This document shows positions 9,733 through 19,426 of a DNA stretch of 64,000 bases, piece by piece. The stretch is from Planctomycetota bacterium (lineage in GTDB: Bacteria > Planctomycetota > B15-G4). Position numbers and translations under genes: made by a program. Below the pieces are notes generated by a model, which worked only from the letters and a program-made list of their open reading frames with translations, was not told the DNA's origin and did no database searches. The first letter of the stretch is position 1, and each line of letters starts with the position of its first letter. The stretch covers positions 3,264,001 to 3,328,000 of the forward strand of contig CBDFJQ010000002.1 in NCBI GenBank assembly GCA_965248575.1, given 5' to 3'.

Positions 9733-10209
9733 CTAGCGCCCGGGGAACAGCTGCTCGAAACGGTCCTCGAGTCGGCGCTGGGCGCCCCGCGCTGGAGTGG
9801 CCACGAACACGATGTCGTCGCCAGCGATGGTGCCCACGACCTCTGGCATGGCCATGGAGTCGAGGGCCAAGGCCACCGTCTGAGCGAGCCCAGAGCGGGT
9901 GGCCAGCACCAGCAGGTTCGGGCCCGCGGCCCGCACCCCGCGCACAAAGGGCTCCAATTCGGCCAGGGTTGGGTAAGCCAGGCCCGCCTGGGGCTCGCCC
10001 TCGCCCTCCGAATTGAGGCTGTAGATGCCGTCCGTCTTGCGCGCGCCCAAGAACTGCAGGTCGCGGCTCAAGCTCGATTGCGTGATGTGAAAGCCCTTGG
10101 CCTTCAGGGATTCAACCAGGCTTTGCTGCGTGCTCGGCTTGCGGCGGCGGAGCAGGGATTTGAGCGCCTTTCGACGCGCATCCTGGTTCCCTCGTGTGTT
10201 TCGTGGCAT
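9733..10209 (-). CDS. argR: Arginine repressor ArgR
   Basis: TQQSLVESL..GFHITQSSLSRDL, GTIAGDD. Confidence 0.92.
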   Translation of the reverse strand: MPRNTRGNQDARRKALKSLLRRRKPSTQQSLVESLKAKGFHITQSSLSRDLQFLGARKTDGIYSLNSEGEGEPQAGLAYPTLAELEPFVRGVRAAGPNLLVLATRSGLAQTVALALDSMAMPEVVGTIAGDDIVFVATPARGAQRRLEDRFEQLFPGR

Positions 10210-10228
10210 CAGCGCTTCTCCCCTTTCG

Positions 10229-10681
10229 TCAGGCCCCGCCCGAGGCCTTGCCCGAGGCCGTCGGTGCCAAGGCGGCCGTCGCCTCGATCTCGATCTGTGC
10301 CCCCGGTTCCAGCAGCCCCGCCACCTGCAGCAAGCTCATGGTTGGATAGTGCCGACCCAACACCCGCCTGTAGGCAGCACCTACATCCTTGATGCGGTCC
10401 ACATACATCTGGGTGTCGACGCAGAACATGGTCAACCGCACGATGTCCTCGGCGACGCCTCCGGCTGCGACCACCACCGCGAGACAGTTGTTCAGCGCCT
10501 GCTCGAACTGATCGACGAAATCGTCGGAATCGATGCGCTCCTCGGCGTTCCAGCCGATCTGTCCTGCCACGAAAAGGAGGTCGCGCCCTGCGGGTACCCG
10601 CCATCCATTGGCGTAGCCCTTGGGGCGGGGCCAGGCCTCAGGTTGCACGGGAATCAGGGGGCGAGCGTCGGGGTCGCTCAT
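10229..10681 (-). CDS. RidA/YjgF/UK114 family enamine deaminase
   Basis: WPRPKGYANG, FVAGQIG, HYPTMSLLQVAGL, IEIEATA. Confidence 0.88.
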   Translation of the reverse strand: MSDPDARPLIPVQPEAWPRPKGYANGWRVPAGRDLLFVAGQIGWNAEERIDSDDFVDQFEQALNNCLAVVVAAGGVAEDIVRLTMFCVDTQMYVDRIKDVGAAYRRVLGRHYPTMSLLQVAGLLEPGAQIEIEATAALAPTASGKASGGA

Positions 10682-10779
10682 GGGCAAAGTCATAACTCAA
10701 TGCGCATAAAACGACAAGGAGGTTCAAGAGAGCAGGGCCCTCACCGAGGGCAGGAGCTGCAACCCACCATCAACCCAGC

Positions 10780-12636
10780 TCAGTCGATACGAGCACCCAG
10801 ACCGATACCGAAGGCCGTGTAGAGGCCGGTGGTGGGATCCGCATCCACGGCAACCGTCCACGTCTCGGTGTCGGAGGCCAGCAGGTTCTGGACCGCCGAC
10901 TGCACCGCATCGATTTCGCTCACGAACTGATCCACCAAGGTGAACGCCATGGGGAAGCGAACCAGCTTCGGGTTGTCGACACTGCCACCGATCACGTTGC
11001 CGGCTGTGGCCACCAAGGCCACCTGCAGGTCTCCGGTCTCACTCCCTGTTGAGCTCACCGGAGGGGTCGGCGCATCCAGGCTCTCGGTCACATCCGTGGG
11101 AAAGACCTGCCAGTCGTCCGCCGGATCGAACGACCAGTAGAAGGTGTCGGCGCCCACGCCGAACAAGTCCACGTCGAGCAAGCGACGGAACTCCAAGCTG
11201 TAGATCCGGTCGGTGGTCCCCACTCCCAACTCGATATTGCCAGCCACCACGCTCTGGCTCAGCTGGACCTTGTAGTCCAAGCCCACACTCACCCCGCGCC
11301 GCGGGTCCTTCTGGTAGGGCAAGGTCGTCATGCTCTGGGATTGGCCGCGACGGTTGTCGCCGAACCAGCCGAGCGAGAACAACGAACGTTCGACGGGTGC
11401 GTTGAAGGCGGGGGGCACGAGATAGTCGCCGGTGCCCCCGTACACATGGCTCAGGCCACCCGGCAGGTTGGCGTCGTACTCGAGCCCCCAACCGTCGCCG
11501 ATGACACCTTCACGCAGGACATCCAGGCCGCCCTTGCGCTTGAAGCCCACGAAGTCCTCGACGAAGGTCCCGTCTTCGGAGACGCCCACGATCATGTCCA
11601 GGAAGTTGGAGAGGTAGGCCGCCTCTTCGAGCTCCAGGGACAGGGTGTATGGGCCCGTCTGCATGCCCTCGTTTCCGGAGAAATCCAGGTCCGGGTCGGG
11701 CGCGCCTTCCACGGCCACCGCATGCAATCCGGTGTCCTCCACCGGCACGACGAAAGCCGAGTAGGTGCCCTCACCCGAGTCGTCGTCAAAGGCAAGCAGC
11801 TCCCCGTTCATGCCGTTGAAGAGCCCCATGAAGGTGTCGGGGGCCAGGGAGGTGACTCCTTCGGGAAGCTTCAGCTCAGCGTGCAGAAGCGAGAGCTTGG
11901 GCGCCTGGAAGCTGAAGTAGTCCACATCGCCCGGCGTCAGCAGCCCGGTCACTTCGGTCGGCATGCCAGTCACCAAATGCGGCGACTTCAGGATCACGGG
12001 CGTCGCGGAAGGGATGTCGTTGCCGTGGTCGTCACCGGTTCCGACGGCCGGAGCAGTGCCGCTCTTCTGACTGCGCCCGGAGTTCGAAGTCCTCGAACTG
12101 GAAGAATCCTCGTCCTCATCGTTGGTCTCGGAGGCCCCGCCAGAACTGCGGGGCGTACGCGCACCCAATCCGCGTCGCATGCGGATCCCGCTCTCCACGA
12201 AATCCAGAGCCAGGGGCGGCACACCGTAGACACCTTGCCCGGAGAGGCCCGTGACCTCGGTGAGCACTTCGTAGTCCAGGCTGCGGGGGTTCTTCCGGAC
12301 CTGGTAGGCGCCGTGCAGGCTGGGAGGATCGAAGCTGAGCATGGTGAGCACCAGGTCACCCACCTCCAGCGGAGGGCGCCCCACAATCTGCAACTCAAAG
12401 CGCTCCTGGGGCTCCCGCCCCGCCAGCACCCGCTCGCGCTCGAACTGGAGCAGGGTGACGCCGCTCGCTCGCACCGTCTGCATGGCCGTGATTCGGGCCA
12501 GCAGAACGGAATCCGCAGCGTCCACTTCGTCGGCGGTGGTCTGGGGGGCAAAAAGACTCAGCACCCCCATCGGCAGAGCGAGGCAAAGGATGAGCGCGAG
12601 AGCGCCCAGAGAGACCTCGTCACGACGGATGTTCAC
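10780..12636 (-). CDS. Secreted protein with PPC-like (pre-peptidase C-terminal) domain
   Basis: Signal peptide; DDHGND, GDVDYFSF, DTFMGLF..LLAFDDDSG; Ser-rich linker; GTG start chosen at 12636. Confidence 0.65.
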   Translation of the reverse strand: MNIRRDEVSLGALALILCLALPMGVLSLFAPQTTADEVDAADSVLLARITAMQTVRASGVTLLQFERERVLAGREPQERFELQIVGRPPLEVGDLVLTMLSFDPPSLHGAYQVRKNPRSLDYEVLTEVTGLSGQGVYGVPPLALDFVESGIRMRRGLGARTPRSSGGASETNDEDEDSSSSRTSNSGRSQKSGTAPAVGTGDDHGNDIPSATPVILKSPHLVTGMPTEVTGLLTPGDVDYFSFQAPKLSLLHAELKLPEGVTSLAPDTFMGLFNGMNGELLAFDDDSGEGTYSAFVVPVEDTGLHAVAVEGAPDPDLDFSGNEGMQTGPYTLSLELEEAAYLSNFLDMIVGVSEDGTFVEDFVGFKRKGGLDVLREGVIGDGWGLEYDANLPGGLSHVYGGTGDYLVPPAFNAPVERSLFSLGWFGDNRRGQSQSMTTLPYQKDPRRGVSVGLDYKVQLSQSVVAGNIELGVGTTDRIYSLEFRRLLDVDLFGVGADTFYWSFDPADDWQVFPTDVTESLDAPTPPVSSTGSETGDLQVALVATAGNVIGGSVDNPKLVRFPMAFTLVDQFVSEIDAVQSAVQNLLASDTETWTVAVDADPTTGLYTAFGIGLGARID

Positions 12637-12829
12637 GGCCTTGGATCCTTGATGCGAGTTCGGGGTGCGCCGAGTTCGGGCTGGCCGCCGTCGATCGGTG
12701 AAGGTCGGGCGGCTAGAGTCGGCCACGCGTATCACCGAACGGGTTCACTGCGGGCAGGAACGGCTCAACGCGAAGAGCCCAGCGTAGTCGAGAGCCAGGG
12801 GATCGTCTAGAAAACGAGTTGTCGACAAC

Positions 12830-14623
12830 GTGAGCAGCCAAATCACCCCAACAGACGACGTAGAGAACCCGCCGGGACAGTCCCTGCTGGGCCTTCTGAT
12901 CGTGGCGGGCGTGCTGCTGATTGCCCTCATCCCCGACGCTCCCATCGTGCGCCCCAAGGTCACATGGGCTCGCGCCGCCGTGTTGAGCGCAGCGGCCATC
13001 GCGCTGCTGTTCCAAGCCCTCCATGGGCGACTCCGGTTCTCATGGCCGACCTGGCTCGCCTTCGCCGTCGTCCCCGCACTTCTGGCAGCGCTGCATCCCC
13101 TGCACACGGCCGTCGCCAGCGAGTCCCTGGCCTCCGATGAGATCCAACGCCTGGCCCTCATCCCCCTGAGTACCTGGGCCGCCTCCTACGCGCTTCACAG
13201 CAGCTTGTGGCGGCGACGTTTCGTGCTGGGACTCGCTGTCGCGGGCCTCATCGTCGGCGGCCACGCCATGCTCCAACGCCTGGGCGGGATGTTCCCCGGA
13301 GAGCTGCTCAACACGCTGCACATCTACCCCTCCTCTCGGGCTCTCGCGGGCTTCGGCAACCCGGTCTTTCTCGGTGCATGGTTGGTTCTGGTGACACCCG
13401 TCCTGATCGCGGAAGCACTGACGTCACCGAGAGCCAGCCGCTGGCTCGCGAGCCTGGCTGCCGGCCTATGCCTCCCCGCCCTCCTGGCCACGAGCAGCGT
13501 GGGCAGTCGCTTTGGCATGGGGCTCGCCCTCTTGACGGCCCTGTGGTTGTTGTTGCCCACCCGTCGCAGCCGCATCTGGATGGCAGCCCTCGTGATCGGT
13601 TCCGGCGCCGCGATCGTGCTGATCGACCCGGGCGCCATCTTCAGGGAACGCGTGCACACCCTCATCTGGCGGGATAGCTGGGAGCTCTTCCAGTCGCACC
13701 CGGGCGGGGTCGGCCCGGGACAGTTCCCGGTGGCCTTCCTGCCCTTCGCATCCGACGAGCTCCTGGCGGCACACCCCATGGGCTCGGTGATCATCAACGA
13801 CGCGCACAACGAACCGCTGCAGGTGCTCGTGGAGTTGGGTTGGCCCGCCTTGCTCTCCGTGCTCCTGGCGGCGGGCTACGGATGGGCCTTCGTCCGCGAA
13901 CGACTTGCCGAACCCTGGGCGAGCATGCACGAGAAGACCCTCTTCGTCGCGGCAGTGGCAGGCATCGGCGGCATGCTCGGCCAGTCGCTGGTCTCCCCCG
14001 ACCTGCGCTTCCATGTGAGCGTCATCATGCTCGGCATCATGCTCGGCTTCCTGACGACCCAGAGCCCCCAGCTCGTACTCTCCCTGCGGGGCGGACGCCT
14101 TGGCCGCGGCTTGCTCAGCATCCTGGCCTTGGGTTGCCTCGCGCTCGTGGTGCACGACACGTGGAACCGCAGCCAGCTTGGTGAGCTGCTTCAACCCGGC
14201 TCTGCTGACGAACTGCTGCCGCTCGACATGGAGGCGCTCGAGGAGCTGCGTGCGGCCACGCAAGCGGCTCCGGAGGACCCAAACACCTGGTACCAATTGG
14301 GTGCGAGCTTCTACGAATCCAAGCGCTTCGCGGATGCCGCAGAGGCCTTCCGGCGCACCCTCGAACTGACACCCGACAACGTGCCATTGATCCGCATTCT
14401 CGGCGTCTGCGAGACGGCAACGGGCCAATACGAGGCGGCCGTGAAACACCTTCGACGAAGCCTGGCCGAGAACCCGGACGAGCTGGAGATCCGCTACTAC
14501 CTGGCCTTCGCATCCTTCGGGCGCGGTGACCTGCGCACAGCCCTGATGGAAACAGAACTCGTCCTGCGAGCAGATCCCGAGCATGTGGAAGCCCGGGCCC
14601 TGCTGGAACAACTCCGGGAATGA
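12830..14623 (+). CDS. O-antigen ligase (Wzy_C)-like membrane protein with C-terminal TPRs
   Basis: FGNPVFLG, GVGPGQF, DAHNEPLQVLVELG; TPRs such as WYQLGASFYE..AAEAFRRTLELTP. Confidence 0.85.
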   Translation: MSSQITPTDDVENPPGQSLLGLLIVAGVLLIALIPDAPIVRPKVTWARAAVLSAAAIALLFQALHGRLRFSWPTWLAFAVVPALLAALHPLHTAVASESLASDEIQRLALIPLSTWAASYALHSSLWRRRFVLGLAVAGLIVGGHAMLQRLGGMFPGELLNTLHIYPSSRALAGFGNPVFLGAWLVLVTPVLIAEALTSPRASRWLASLAAGLCLPALLATSSVGSRFGMGLALLTALWLLLPTRRSRIWMAALVIGSGAAIVLIDPGAIFRERVHTLIWRDSWELFQSHPGGVGPGQFPVAFLPFASDELLAAHPMGSVIINDAHNEPLQVLVELGWPALLSVLLAAGYGWAFVRERLAEPWASMHEKTLFVAAVAGIGGMLGQSLVSPDLRFHVSVIMLGIMLGFLTTQSPQLVLSLRGGRLGRGLLSILALGCLALVVHDTWNRSQLGELLQPGSADELLPLDMEALEELRAATQAAPEDPNTWYQLGASFYESKRFADAAEAFRRTLELTPDNVPLIRILGVCETATGQYEAAVKHLRRSLAENPDELEIRYYLAFASFGRGDLRTALMETELVLRADPEHVEARALLEQLRE

Positions 14624-15303
14624 GGCCCACCGTCGTCTGCCTCGACGCAGGCAACACGCTCTTCAAGGAACGGCTCGGACGCCCGGCCCTCTACGCGGAG
14701 TGTTTCCAGGCTGCAGGTGTCCAGGTTTCTGAAGCCTCCCTACGAGACTGGATGCCCACGGTGCACGACACACTCCCCGCCCTGGTGGAGGGCGAGGCTC
14801 GCTATTCGCGACCGTGGTTCAGGGCTTTCGTGCGCGAACTGCTGCTGCGCGCGGGCGACGAACGCGAACCCGAACCCCTGCGCGCCGAACTCGAAAAGGT
14901 ATTTACACGCCCCGAGACCTATGTGGTCTTCGCCGACACCTTCCCCGCCTTGGACAGCCTGGTCGAGGCTGGGTTCAGGCTCGCCGTGGTCAGCAACTGG
15001 AGCGACCGGCTCGAAGATGTCTTGAGCAGCCTGGGGCTGGCCCGCTACTTCGAAGCCATCGCCATCTCTGCCGTCGTAGGGGCCGACAAACCCGACCCCC
15101 GCCTCTTCCGACATGCCTTGCAGCAGCTCGGTGTCGAGCCCCGCGAGGCCGTTCACGTGGGCGATCATCCGAGGAACGACCAGGTGGGCGCCCGCCGCGC
15201 GGGGATGACCGGCTGGCTCATCGATCGCAGCGCGCAAGGGGTGGCGAGCAGCGATGTCCTCGTCTCATTGGAAGAACTCGCCGGGCGACTCGCCGCACTC
15301 TGA
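14620..15303 (+). CDS. HAD-superfamily hydrolase
   Basis: DAGNTL, VVSNW, KPDPRLF, HVGD...DQVGA. Confidence 0.9.
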   Translation: MRPTVVCLDAGNTLFKERLGRPALYAECFQAAGVQVSEASLRDWMPTVHDTLPALVEGEARYSRPWFRAFVRELLLRAGDEREPEPLRAELEKVFTRPETYVVFADTFPALDSLVEAGFRLAVVSNWSDRLEDVLSSLGLARYFEAIAISAVVGADKPDPRLFRHALQQLGVEPREAVHVGDHPRNDQVGARRAGMTGWLIDRSAQGVASSDVLVSLEELAGRLAAL

Positions 15304-15423
15304 ACGGCGGAGCGGCCGCAAACGGCACGAGGCCCGCGCCCCCCGTCCGTGAGGAAGAGGAACGCGGACCCCGAGTTCACCGTTGTCCGATCGATCGACC
15401 CGCTAGAAGGCGGGAGTACAGCC

Positions 15424-17013
15424 TCAGGGCGTGGTGACCCGCAGACCGTTGGTTGCGGAGTAGCCCTGGGGAGCGCCGACGTCCTGGATCCAAGCCTGGA
15501 ACGCCAGGTCGACGTACGACGGCAGCCCTGAGCCGGGGACGGTCGCGGTGAAGTCCACCAAGTTGGCCAAGCCCGTGTTCGGCGCACCCAGGATGCGCAA
15601 GATCGCGAGGGGATCGATGACCAGCACGCCGCCGTAGAAGACGTTCAGCTGGATGTTCGAACCCACCACCAGGTAGGCGAAGTTGTTGTCAGGCACGTTC
15701 GTGACCCGCAGCTTCAGGTCGGTGCCAGCCAGGCAGTTGCCCTGCCCGAGCATGACGGGGAGAGCCATGCTGCCCTTGAGGGGGTGACCGAGGTCAGCCC
15801 ACTGACCGCCGTGGTTGCTGTACTGCATGTTGACGGCGCCGTAGTTCGCGAGAATCAAGTCGTCGAAGGTGTCGCCGTTCATGTCGCCGCTGGCCACGTC
15901 GTAGGTGTCGATGACGTTGTCTGAGAGCGGGCCGAAGGACTGCCTGACGAAGTTTCCGCCACCGATGTTCACGAACAGCTCGCTCGTGATGTTCGGCGAA
16001 CGGTTGGCAAGGATCGCGTCCATGTCGCCATCCTTGTCGAAGTCGCCCCAGACGGAACCGATGGTGCGGCCACGGTCCATGGTCAAGGCGCTCAGCTTGC
16101 GAGCGCTGAAGACGCCCGAGCCGTCGTTGAGGAACAGGTGGTTCGTCTGCGCCGTGCCGTTGCCGACGAAGAGGTCGAGGTCGCCGTCAGCGTCAGCGTC
16201 GGCGAAAGAGCAGGCCAGGGTGTTCTGGATGTCCACGGACTGCAGACCCAGCGCCGACTTGGTGAAAGTGCCTGAGCCATCGTTGAGGTAGAGCCAGTTC
16301 GCAGCGCCCACACCGCCCACCACACCGCTGTGATTCGCGACGTGGATATCGAGATCTTCGTCCCCGTCGACGTCGCCGATGGCGAGGCCGTAGGAGGATT
16401 CGATGTCGGTCGCGGCGTCACCGCTCAGGTGGCGGGCGAAGGTGCCCTCAGTGCCGCCCTGGGTGCCGCCCTGGTTGATGTAGAGGAAGTTGGCCTGGTC
16501 GTTGAAGTTCGTCACGTAGAGATCGAGGTCGTCATCACCATCGAAGTCTGCGAACTCAGCTTGGCGGGAGTTGCCCACATCCGTGACCACCGCGCCGACC
16601 ACCACCTTCGAGAAGGAAGGGGGGTTGGTGCCGAGGTTCAGATAGAGGTCGTTGGTCTGGCCAATGGAGTTGGCGATGAACACGTCGAGGTCGCCATCGC
16701 CGTCGATGTCACCCACGGCGATGCCACGCGAGTTGCTGATGTCGGTGGTCAGGGGCGCGGCCGGGTGCCCGCTCATGGAACCGCTGCCGTCGTTGACGTA
16801 GAGGAGGTTCTCCTGGTCCAGGTTGGCAACGAGGGTGTCGAGATCCCCATCGCCATCAAAGTCGGCCAGGACGATGTCGCGGCTCAGGTGGGCGTCGCTC
16901 CCGATGGAACCTGCGGGAAGGTCGCCCCAGAGCAGATCGTGCGGGTGGATCTGAGCTGCGAGAGAGGGGCCGGCCGCCAGGGCCATGCCGAGCACAATCG
17001 TCTTCTTCAACAC
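15424..17013 (-). CDS. Secreted FG-GAP/VCBS repeat protein with conserved C-terminal domain
   Basis: Seven D(F/I/V)DGDGDLD-type repeats; signal peptide; C-term FQAWIQD..APQG..TNGL. Confidence 0.9.
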   Translation of the reverse strand: MLKKTIVLGMALAAGPSLAAQIHPHDLLWGDLPAGSIGSDAHLSRDIVLADFDGDGDLDTLVANLDQENLLYVNDGSGSMSGHPAAPLTTDISNSRGIAVGDIDGDGDLDVFIANSIGQTNDLYLNLGTNPPSFSKVVVGAVVTDVGNSRQAEFADFDGDDDLDLYVTNFNDQANFLYINQGGTQGGTEGTFARHLSGDAATDIESSYGLAIGDVDGDEDLDIHVANHSGVVGGVGAANWLYLNDGSGTFTKSALGLQSVDIQNTLACSFADADADGDLDLFVGNGTAQTNHLFLNDGSGVFSARKLSALTMDRGRTIGSVWGDFDKDGDMDAILANRSPNITSELFVNIGGGNFVRQSFGPLSDNVIDTYDVASGDMNGDTFDDLILANYGAVNMQYSNHGGQWADLGHPLKGSMALPVMLGQGNCLAGTDLKLRVTNVPDNNFAYLVVGSNIQLNVFYGGVLVIDPLAILRILGAPNTGLANLVDFTATVPGSGLPSYVDLAFQAWIQDVGAPQGYSATNGLRVTTP

Positions 17014-17055
17014 GGTGAATTACCTCTAAGGGTCTGTCGGGAGATCGGATGGCAC

Positions 17056-17084
17056 AGATCGGACGTCGGGCGCTCTGCGCCTGA
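17056..17084 (-). promoter_or_regulatory. Putative alternative-sigma promoter TCAGG-N16-TCCGATCT
   Basis: Matches the recurring motif; 42 nt upstream of the FG-GAP gene. Confidence 0.4.
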
Positions 17085-17258
17085 GACAAAGTTCGGCCAG
17101 TTAAGGGAGTCACCGATTTTTTGGCGGGCGGGGCGTCCGCACTGACCCAGGACTGGCCGAATTCGGCACCCTAAGGCCTGTTGAGACTGGTAGCGTGGCC
17201 AGAACGGTTTCGCTGCCCGGACCCGACCTTCCCGCCCACCCGCGCCGAGACCCGAACG

Positions 17259-18788
17259 ATGAGCCCACGCATACGGACGACCCCTATCGGCCCCGGTATC
17301 GGCCCAGGACTGCTGCTCGCCGTGGCCTTGCTCGTTGTCTCGTGTGCCCCGTCGACCCATCGCCTGAAGGCCAGCAACTCAAGCGAGCCCCCCCGGCCCG
17401 CCCTCGAAGCGTCGGCGCCCGCAAGCCAGCCCGCACTCGATCGCGTGGAAGCCTATCGCGACACCGTCGACAAGATCCTGGCCACGGCCCTCTCCCAGGG
17501 CAAAGCCTTCGAGTTGCTCTCGGAGCTCTGCACCGTCGCGCCGCGCCGTCTCGCCGGCTCACCAGGAGCCGCGGCCGCAGAGCACTGGGCCCGGGAGACC
17601 CTGCGCGCCCTGGACTTCGAGAATGTGCACTTCGAAGAAGTCACGGTGCCGCACTGGGTTCGCGGCAAGTTGGGCGAGGTGCGCTTCGCGGAGCCGGCGG
17701 AGTTGTCCGGTGACTCGGTCCCCATGTTGGCCCTTGGCGGCAGCGTTGGAACGCCCCCCGAAGGCATCACGGCCGAAGTGATCCTGGCCGATGGCATCGA
17801 CGCAGTCGCCGAACTCGGCGCGGCAGCGCGGGGCAAGATCGTGCTCCTGAATCGCCCCATGGATGCGGCCCTCATCTCCCCCTTCGACGCCTACGGCCAA
17901 GCCGTGGGGCAACGCTCCCGAGGCGCCGTCGAGGCCGCCAAGCTCGGAGCTGTTGCAGCCCTCGTGCGTTCCATGACGCCCAACCACGACGACATCCCCC
18001 ACACGGGCGCGACGCGTTACGCGGCCGATGTGACGAAGATCCCCTTTGCCGCCATCAGCACCAACGGCGCTGACCACATCGCCTCCCTGATCAAAGCCGG
18101 AAAGCGCGTCGTGCTCAACCTGCGACAGGACTGCCAGACCCTGCCCGACACGCAGGGCCACAACGTCATCGCAGAGCTACGCGGCACCGACTTCCCCGAC
18201 GAGATCCTGGTGGTGGGCGGCCATCTGGATGCCTGGGACGTCGGTCAGGGCGCCCACGACGATGGCGGCGGTTGCTGCCAAGCCATCGAGGCCCTGCGTC
18301 TCCTGAAGAGCATGGGCCTGCGCCCCAAGCGCACCCTGCGCGTGGTGCTCTTCGCCAATGAAGAGAACGGCCTAGCCGGCGGCAAGGGCTACCTGGAAGC
18401 CCACCGGGATGAGATGCCCCAGCACCTGCTGGCGCTGGAATCGGACTCCGGTTCGTTCACGCCGCGCGGCTTCACCACCAACGCCAACCCCGAGACCTTC
18501 GCCTTGCTGGAGGCCATCACCGGCCTGCTGAAGGATGCCGGGGCAGGGAGCATCGCCCAGGGTTACGGCGGCGCAGACATCGGGCCCATGAAGGACTCCG
18601 GGGTGGTGCAGCTGGGCTTCGAACCCGACCCGCAGCGCTACTTCAACTTGCACCACACCCACGAAGACACGCTCGACAAGGTGTCGCCGCGGGAGATCAA
18701 CCTGGGCGCAGGCTGCATGGCCTCCTTGCTGTACATCCTGGCGGACCTGCCGGAGAGCCTGACGCGCAACGCGGTGAAGAGAGACTGA
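17259..18788 (+). CDS. M28 family metallopeptidase (carboxypeptidase Q-like) lipoprotein
   Basis: GGHLDAWD.GQGAHDDGGG, FANEENG, ESDSG, YFNLHHT..DTLDKV; lipobox VVSC. Confidence 0.92.
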   Translation: MSPRIRTTPIGPGIGPGLLLAVALLVVSCAPSTHRLKASNSSEPPRPALEASAPASQPALDRVEAYRDTVDKILATALSQGKAFELLSELCTVAPRRLAGSPGAAAAEHWARETLRALDFENVHFEEVTVPHWVRGKLGEVRFAEPAELSGDSVPMLALGGSVGTPPEGITAEVILADGIDAVAELGAAARGKIVLLNRPMDAALISPFDAYGQAVGQRSRGAVEAAKLGAVAALVRSMTPNHDDIPHTGATRYAADVTKIPFAAISTNGADHIASLIKAGKRVVLNLRQDCQTLPDTQGHNVIAELRGTDFPDEILVVGGHLDAWDVGQGAHDDGGGCCQAIEALRLLKSMGLRPKRTLRVVLFANEENGLAGGKGYLEAHRDEMPQHLLALESDSGSFTPRGFTTNANPETFALLEAITGLLKDAGAGSIAQGYGGADIGPMKDSGVVQLGFEPDPQRYFNLHHTHEDTLDKVSPREINLGAGCMASLLYILADLPESLTRNAVKRD

Positions 18789-18835
18789 GAGGTCGAGACC
18801 GCTGCGGGAGCGGGCAGCGACAGCGCGCTAGCCGC

Positions 18836-19426
18836 TCAGTCGCGCTCGGGTTCCAGCTGGACACCGAGCCCGTCCGCGATGCGGTTCGCGTAGGCGAAGT
18901 AGGCCACGACCAGATTGGCTTCGAGGATCGCCTGGTCGTCTAGACCCGCAGCCCGCAAGGGTGCGAGGTCCTGCTCCACCATCGCGCCGGGGCTCAACGT
19001 CAACTTCTCGGCATAGGTGAGCAGCGCGCGCTGGACGTCCGTGAGCTCGGCGCTGCGCCAATCCTGCTCCACCGCGGCCAGCCAGTCGGCTGAATGCGTG
19101 CGTCGTGTGCGCCGAGCCAGACCGGCCCGGTGGTGCGTCACTCAGTACTTGCAGCCATTGAGGTTGGAGACGACCAGGCCCAGCAACTCGCGGTCGGCCA
19201 GGCTCGTGCGCCCCAAGCGATGCAGGATGCTGTGGTACAGCCGCGCGTGATCTCCCAGGGTCTCGGGCAGCAGGCTGTGCACTTTCAGGATGTGGTCCAC
19301 GCGGCCGGTGTTGGGGTCGCGCTCAGCCTTGTACTGCTTTGCAAGCTCGCCCGTCGCGGTCGCTTCGGGCACCGTCTCGATCCAGGCTGCCCGGGGCTCC
19401 TGCGATGCTTGGTCGTCCTCAGACAC
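18836..19426 (-). CDS. AhpD/carboxymuconolactone-decarboxylase-like peroxidase-related selenoprotein (CxxU)
   Basis: ORFs 19142.. and 18836..19141 are in the same frame, separated by one TGA at 19142-19144 in LNGCKY*VTHH; SECIS-like hairpin follows; GTG start at 19426. Confidence 0.88.
19112..19130 (-). promoter_or_regulatory. Bacterial SECIS element
   Basis: CCGGGCC-GGTCT-GGCTCGG hairpin starting 11 nt after the TGA; loop resembles E. coli fdhF GCA-GGUC-UGC. Confidence 0.8.

Noticed and set aside
18836..19426. Pseudogene or two small genes
   Set aside because: The stop is TGA at the conserved Cys position and is followed by a correctly spaced SECIS-like hairpin
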